Shown piece after piece: positions 8,661 through 13,145 of a DNA stretch of 13,145 bases; position 1 is the first letter of the stretch; every line of letters starts with the position of its first letter. A program made the translations under genes and the position numbers. The notes below the pieces were generated by a model. The model was not told the origin of the DNA and ran no database searches. It saw only the letters and a list, made by a program, of their open reading frames with translations. The stretch spans positions 1 through 13,145 of the forward strand of contig CAYVLA010000068.1 of assembly GCA_964452145.1 (NCBI GenBank), read 5' to 3'. The DNA is from Candidatus Hadarchaeota archaeon (GTDB taxonomy: Archaea > CAYQAE01 > CAYVLA01).

Positions 8661-9496
8661 GGGTTGTTTATCTGGATGAACTCCAACTTGCCGTCGAGGT
8701 AGATTCTGATCAGCTCCATGTTGTTCCAGAAGCCTACGCTTCTCCCCTGTATGAAGGTCATCACGGTCATCCTCTGGTCCTTCCTGACGTTGTTGAAGAC
8801 GAGTTCGCCGTAGGGCGGTAGCTGGTCTAGGGTCGGCAGCTGGGGGTACAGCTTCTTCTCGCCAAGGGACACATAAGTCGTCCTGTCTTCGTCTATGCCG
8901 AACTCGATGCTTCCCGAGCCACGCGGGTCTCTGGCTGCCCGGGTCCGCGGAGGATACCACTCGCGCTCAGGGAAGAAGTCGGAGATCCCCTCGTAGCAAC
9001 GGACGGTGCTGCCATTGAATACAAACAGGTATAGGGAACGGACCAGGTGCGCCTGATCCTTCATCGCCGCGCTCAGCGCATCCGCGTAGTCCAGAAGAAC
9101 GGCCCGGTCGCTTCCGGAGACCAGGCTTTCCGGGAACCCCTCCGTGATCGTCTCGGGCCCTGTGTCAAGGGGTAGGAGCATTGCTTCCAAGGCACGGAGC
9201 TTGACCATGTTGGGCAGGAGTTCTTCAAAGGAGGTGGCGTTCTCCTCTCCCAGCAACAGCGTCGTTGCTGGTATCAGCCAGCCGAATTTGACCTTCACCT
9301 CGTCGAAGTCCTTCCTGAAGACGACCGTGAAGGAGTAGCCGAACCTGGAGTCCGAGGACAGGTCAAGATAGGGAGCGTCGTTTTTGATCACCTCCACCGG
9401 CCTGTCGGGCCTCTCACCGATCATGAACGAAGTCAGAATGGTCGAGAACACAAGGGCGATGAGTATCACGCCGAGGTACTGCCTGCTGACCAGCAT
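8651..9496 (-). CDS. N-terminally anchored or secreted beta-rich protein of unknown function
   Basis: 281-aa ORF with a hydrophobic N-terminus YLGVILIALVFSTILTSFMI. The ATG lies 3 nt after the upstream gene's stop with GGAGG upstream, and codon usage resembles the core genes. It overlaps the convergent gene by 10 nt. Confidence 0.8.
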   Translation of the reverse strand: MLVSRQYLGVILIALVFSTILTSFMIGERPDRPVEVIKNDAPYLDLSSDSRFGYSFTVVFRKDFDEVKVKFGWLIPATTLLLGEENATSFEELLPNMVKLRALEAMLLPLDTGPETITEGFPESLVSGSDRAVLLDYADALSAAMKDQAHLVRSLYLFVFNGSTVRCYEGISDFFPEREWYPPRTRAARDPRGSGSIEFGIDEDRTTYVSLGEKKLYPQLPTLDQLPPYGELVFNNVRKDQRMTVMTFIQGRSVGFWNNMELIRIYLDGKLEFIQINNPQR

Positions 9497-9499
9497 CGA

Positions 9500-10546
9500 T
9501 CATCCCTCCGCAGTCCTGGTCGTGACGACCTCCTTGTAGAGCGTCCGTCTTATCATCAGGGCCCAGATAACCGAGCCCGCCACGATGCTGACCCCCGTGA
9601 CGGATAGCCACTCCACCAGGTAGATCCAGAAGAGAGCCCTATCCTTCAGCCTCATGGCCTCCTTCTCGATCTCGCCCAGACGCGCAAGGGCCGTGGTCAT
9701 CAGTGCTTCGGCCTCGGCAAATTCCTGGTTTGCATAACTGTCAAAGGCCTCATCCCTTACGACGTCGACTTCAACCATTTCTGCATCGATCTTGGACGGA
9801 TTGGCCCCGAACTTGTCGGCGAAATCCAGGATGCCGTATATGAGGCCCCGTCTGGTCCTGTATTCTTTGAACTGGTGTCTGAGCAGGTGGACCATCGGTA
9901 TGTCGTCGGGCAGGTTCCTCTTGTCGACGTAGAGCACGATGTTGAGGAAGACATCGATCCCGTAGGGGTTGGTCATGACGTTCCACCAAGGATCGTCAAC
10001 GTCCTCGGCGGTGCACCATGTTCGCGCCTTTCGATCCCCGTACTCCCACGATATCTGCCACGGAAGGCCCTGCGGGGCCATCGTGGCCCACACCGTCGAC
10101 TCCGGCCTTGCTGAGAGTTGCCCATACTTGGCTCCCGTCACATCCTCTATTCCGTACGGCGTGAACGCGGAGAGAACCGGTGCAAGGTCGGAGCGCCTGT
10201 TGACCACGATTCGGTAGGCCCTTTCGATTGGCCATCCGAAATCCGTGCTGTAATCGTGCGGGAATACCTCGCCCATCTTGGTGTTGGTGAAGCGATCGTA
10301 AACTGCGGTTCCCCTACGCTGGTTCGGCGCATGGAAGATGCCTGTTCCGTACTTGGTGACCATCGTGTGGAACAGGTTGATCTGAACATCGGTGAAGAAG
10401 TTCAGGTTCGTGTCCAGCATCACCATCATGTCGAATCTGGACAGGAAGTCCTCCTCGGTTCTGGGCGTGTAGATCCTTGCCGCCCTGTACTGGTCCTCCA
10501 CAGGTATGTTCTCTACATTGCACGGCAGAACGTGTATGGAATGCCT
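9500..10546 (-). pseudogene. 5'-truncated paralogue of the 7371-8660 membrane-anchored protein (could still be translated from GTG 10501)
   Basis: It aligns colinearly with 7371-8660 (RIYTPR/RLYMPR, KFGANP, KDRALxWIYLxEW, LMxRxxLYxExxTTR). Similarity continues upstream of GTG 10501 (VLPCNVENIPVEDQ), but there is an in-frame TGA at 10549-10547. No signal peptide or convincing RVLYIG segment was found upstream in any frame. Confidence 0.7.
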
Positions 10547-10760
10547 TCACAACAATTCCAAGTCGGACTGGCGGGAGAGGCCCGGGTAGTGGGGGAGGAT
10601 CGGCACACTCTGACCCAAAGGAGATGAACGCCCCAACGAAGCTCCAAAGGCCCCTCTTTTGTCGATATGAGCCGCTATTCGCCGCGGATTCCGGCACTAT
10701 CAACAGGGAATGGTGAACGACAGTGTGCTCCCCTGGAGCAGTGCTGCGCCGACAGGCATT
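10540..10760. other. Structured non-coding segment at the gene breakpoint; possible mobile-element end or MITE-like remnant
   Basis: It begins where the paralogue is cut and is bounded by a short inverted pair, AATGCCT (10540-10546) / AGGCATT (10754-10760). Internal stems are GTCGGA/TCTGAC, CGGG-AGAGG-CCCG and TGCTCC-CCT-GGAGCA. No transposase and no target-site duplication were seen. Confidence 0.3.
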
Positions 10761-10927
10761 ACACATCTTGCAGTACCCCCTTCTCGGGTTGAGGAATATC
10801 TCCCTCCTTTGCCTTCCCCCTCTCAAAGACTCGCCTCGCCCGCTTGCTCAGAATCAACACACACAGACGCTCTCGGCCCCAAAGGGTCTCACTATGAATC
10901 GCCGCTCGAGTGCTCGAGACAGCCCGC

Positions 10928-10935
10928 TTATAAAA
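10928..10935. promoter_or_regulatory. Candidate TATA box (TTATAAAA; reads TTTTATAA on the minus strand)
   Basis: Strong match to the archaeal TATA consensus on both strands, in the intergenic region before the orphan ORFs. Direction is unresolved. Confidence 0.4.
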
Positions 10936-11033
10936 GCCATAAAGAAAGCTTTGGAAGGTGGCATACGTAAGACATTTCATTCCCTCCTGGTCTACCCCCC
11001 GCATTGCCAACTCCCTTCTTCAGTAACCGCAGA

Positions 11034-12185
11034 GTGATCGTAGTGCCTCAAGGGTACACGATCGCCGGTTTCCTGGCCTTTGCATTCAGTCCACTCTTTC
11101 TATGGACATTGGGGGTCCCGAAGGTCGCGATGGGTCTCGGGGTTTTTTCCATATGTTCGTTCTTCGCACTGGCCACTTCTCTGCTGGGTGCGAAGGGGAA
11201 CAGGGTGTCACGGTTAAAAAGAGATCCCGTCTTGATCGAGTGGCCTCCAACAACTCGCGCTATGACAATGGTCTACGGACTTTCCACCACTCTCCTGCTA
11301 TTCTCTTCCTACGCCCTAGTGATAGGTGGAGTCCTTTACGAGGATGCGGCAGAAGACCCGCATGTGGTTGAGGCGATATGCAGAGCACCAGAGAAGGACT
11401 TGGTCGAAGTCTGGTATGGTCTACCGGACGCCACAAGGAAGATCCTCGCAGGCAACAATAGCTTCGGCGAAGCTTGTCTTGTGTCAACCAGAGTCGGTGC
11501 CCTCGGGTTGATTTCCCGCTTCTTTGGATATCAGGCCACAAATGCTCTGCAATCGGTGCGTTCGGACACATGGTTGGATGATGCGATTGCTGTTGAGACT
11601 GTCGTTGTGCCCATCGTCATCGGGTTCCTTCTTAACGGCTTCAGACAGCGGCGGACAATAGGTAAAGAGTTCTACGAAAGGGCGGTCAGAGATGCGTCAG
11701 AACTCAAGTTGTTGACTGGTAGAACCTCGAAGGACTCAGTGCAATCACAAAGGGATGCACTCGAAGCTGGAATCATGACCAGCTTCTCCTCCGCTAACAG
11801 GCTGCTGACTGCAGGTGGTAGTAGGCAAAGCGCGGAACGAGCTATCGCTGTCGTTCACAAAGCCTACGAACTTGGCGTAGATCTTTGTGACGAAGACTTG
11901 ACCGCGCTATGTCTCAGAGCAGAAGGCAACTTACTGGTGGACATATTGCTTCTGGGATGGCACGACCTCTGTAGGTCGTACACCCAATGGATAGGTGAAC
12001 TGACTCGGCGAGGGGTCACCAGTTACACACATCCCAAGAAAAGGGAACGCGTGCAAAACGAACTCAAGTCACTAGTCAATCCCAGAGATGGTGGCTACCA
12101 TTCTGTTCCCAAGTCTGTCACCATGAGTCCGTTCGAGGCAGGCAAAAAGTTACTAAGCATCGCGTGTTCCTGGATGCATCGATGA
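11034..12185 (+). CDS. Hypothetical membrane protein with about 4 TM helices and a C-terminal helical domain
   Basis: Long open frame (TTG 11004, GTG 11034 or GTG 11043 are possible starts). Hydrophobic segments are IAGFLAFAFSPLFLWTLGV, MGLGVFSICSFFALATSLL, MVYGLSTTLLLFSSYALVIGGVLY and IAVETVVVPIVIGFLLNGF. No family motif was recognised. Confidence 0.75.
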   Translation: MIVVPQGYTIAGFLAFAFSPLFLWTLGVPKVAMGLGVFSICSFFALATSLLGAKGNRVSRLKRDPVLIEWPPTTRAMTMVYGLSTTLLLFSSYALVIGGVLYEDAAEDPHVVEAICRAPEKDLVEVWYGLPDATRKILAGNNSFGEACLVSTRVGALGLISRFFGYQATNALQSVRSDTWLDDAIAVETVVVPIVIGFLLNGFRQRRTIGKEFYERAVRDASELKLLTGRTSKDSVQSQRDALEAGIMTSFSSANRLLTAGGSRQSAERAIAVVHKAYELGVDLCDEDLTALCLRAEGNLLVDILLLGWHDLCRSYTQWIGELTRRGVTSYTHPKKRERVQNELKSLVNPRDGGYHSVPKSVTMSPFEAGKKLLSIACSWMHR

Positions 12186-12200
12186 GCTGGGCGCAGTAGT

Positions 12201-13145
12201 GTGATGAGTGTGTGTGTCATAGTCTTGGTCGATCGGCGTTGTGATCCCTCCGCATTTCTCAAGGAGGAAATCAGATTCGACAGATCTGGCGCATCGGCGT
12301 CGATCAGGCTCCAAATGTTCCTGTACGACAAGCTCGAGGGTCAACACATTGACAGGTTCCACTTAGTCTTTCCGGATGTACTGAAGCGAAAATTCGAGGA
12401 CGAGACCGAGGCTTGGATTCAGGACACATACAACACATGTAGCAGGGAGTTTGACGACAGAGTGAACGGCTTGGATGTGAAGAGGAATTCGAGCTGGAAG
12501 GTGAAAAGAACCGCGCGCTGTCAAGGGGTGCCTGGATGGAGAGTAGAACTGGCGAATCGGCTTGATTTCTCCAAGAATGAAGACCTCGTCCTTGATATGG
12601 ACCTACTTCTGGATATCCAAGCAGGGTTGGCGGATTTCGATGTTGGTGGTCTCTACCGCAGAGATTCGCTGTCTTCCGATGAAGATTTCTACGAGGTCAA
12701 GGTTCAACCAGTGTCCGAGGATGATCCGACCTGCTTCACGGTTGCTACGGTCAACTGTGATCCATGGATAGAGCGATACGGCGATGAATGGTACCCTCTG
12801 TTTTCAGTACTGGATTTCGAGGCACCCAATTCCGCCCCCTTCGTCGCAAAAAGGCGACGCCACGAAGCCACGTTCAGACTGCCAAAGACTCTCTGGAGTC
12901 TTATTCGGGAAACATCTTCCGCGGATGATGAATTGAGAACAGTCCTCGAAATGACGCGGCCTGTCCTTGACTTCTTCTACTCATTTGACGTACTGGTGCC
13001 AGATGGAAGGAATCCGACCTACAGGACACCCGATCAGCTATTCATAGGAGATGCTACCGAGAACGGTGTTCACTACACAAAGTTCAGCTGGACCGAAAGG
13101 ACTATGCGAAAGGAAACGCGGCAAATCTACTTTGACCCAGCTCCC
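12201..13145 (+). CDS. Hypothetical protein, 3'-partial, not in the supplied ORF track
   Basis: Manual translation from GTG ATG at 12201/12204 gives 315 stop-free codons to the window end: MSVCVIVLVDRRCDPSAFLKEEIRFDRSGASASIRLQMFLYDKLEGQHIDRFHLVFPD...HYTKFSWTERTMRKETRQIYFDPAP. The protein is acidic, with alternating patterns suggesting beta strands. Confidence 0.8.
   Translation, partial: MMSVCVIVLVDRRCDPSAFLKEEIRFDRSGASASIRLQMFLYDKLEGQHIDRFHLVFPDVLKRKFEDETEAWIQDTYNTCSREFDDRVNGLDVKRNSSWKVKRTARCQGVPGWRVELANRLDFSKNEDLVLDMDLLLDIQAGLADFDVGGLYRRDSLSSDEDFYEVKVQPVSEDDPTCFTVATVNCDPWIERYGDEWYPLFSVLDFEAPNSAPFVAKRRRHEATFRLPKTLWSLIRETSSADDELRTVLEMTRPVLDFFYSFDVLVPDGRNPTYRTPDQLFIGDATENGVHYTKFSWTERTMRKETRQIYFDPAP

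Noticed and set aside
10547..10549. Selenocysteine read-through of the in-frame TGA in the paralogue
   Set aside because: The position does not align with a Cys, and the sequence upstream shows no family similarity.
10545..10575. CRISPR-repeat-like string CTTCACAACAATTCCAAG
   Set aside because: It is a single copy with no spacer periodicity and no cas genes in the window.
9..10627. Numerous antisense and alternate-frame ORFs inside the called genes
   Set aside because: They are shadow ORFs expected in high-GC coding DNA, and each overlaps a better-supported gene.
10905..10918. Palindrome CTCGAG-TG-CTCGAG next to the TATA-like box
   Set aside because: It could be an operator, but it is short, single-copy and has no other support.
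10314..11037. Short ORFs over the junction (10314-10826 -, 10477-10716 +, 10710-10970 +, 10723-11037 +)
   Set aside because: They overlap each other, have no recognisable motif or transposase signature, and have poor protein-like composition.

Overview
The first ~10.5 kb is GC-rich and gene-dense, and probably comes from an archaeon (inferred from TATA-like boxes about 30 nt before starts, a GAGGTGAT-type Shine-Dalgarno, and a zinc-ribbon membrane protein). In order it holds: the 3' part of an atypical galactokinase-like GHMP kinase (+); a MacB/LolD-type ABC ATPase and a large two-module FtsX-type permease (-); a divergent zinc-ribbon membrane protein (+); cysS (+), translationally coupled to a secreted, C-terminally anchored protein of unknown function; and, converging on it, an N-terminally anchored protein plus a clear paralogue of the C-anchored protein whose 5' end is cut off near 10546. 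That breakpoint coincides with a structured non-coding segment (possible mobile-element end) and the start of a lower-GC region. The lower-GC region has two orphan ORFs in the same frame; the second (12201 to the window end) is missing from the supplied ORF track. No rRNA, tRNA or CRISPR array was seen.
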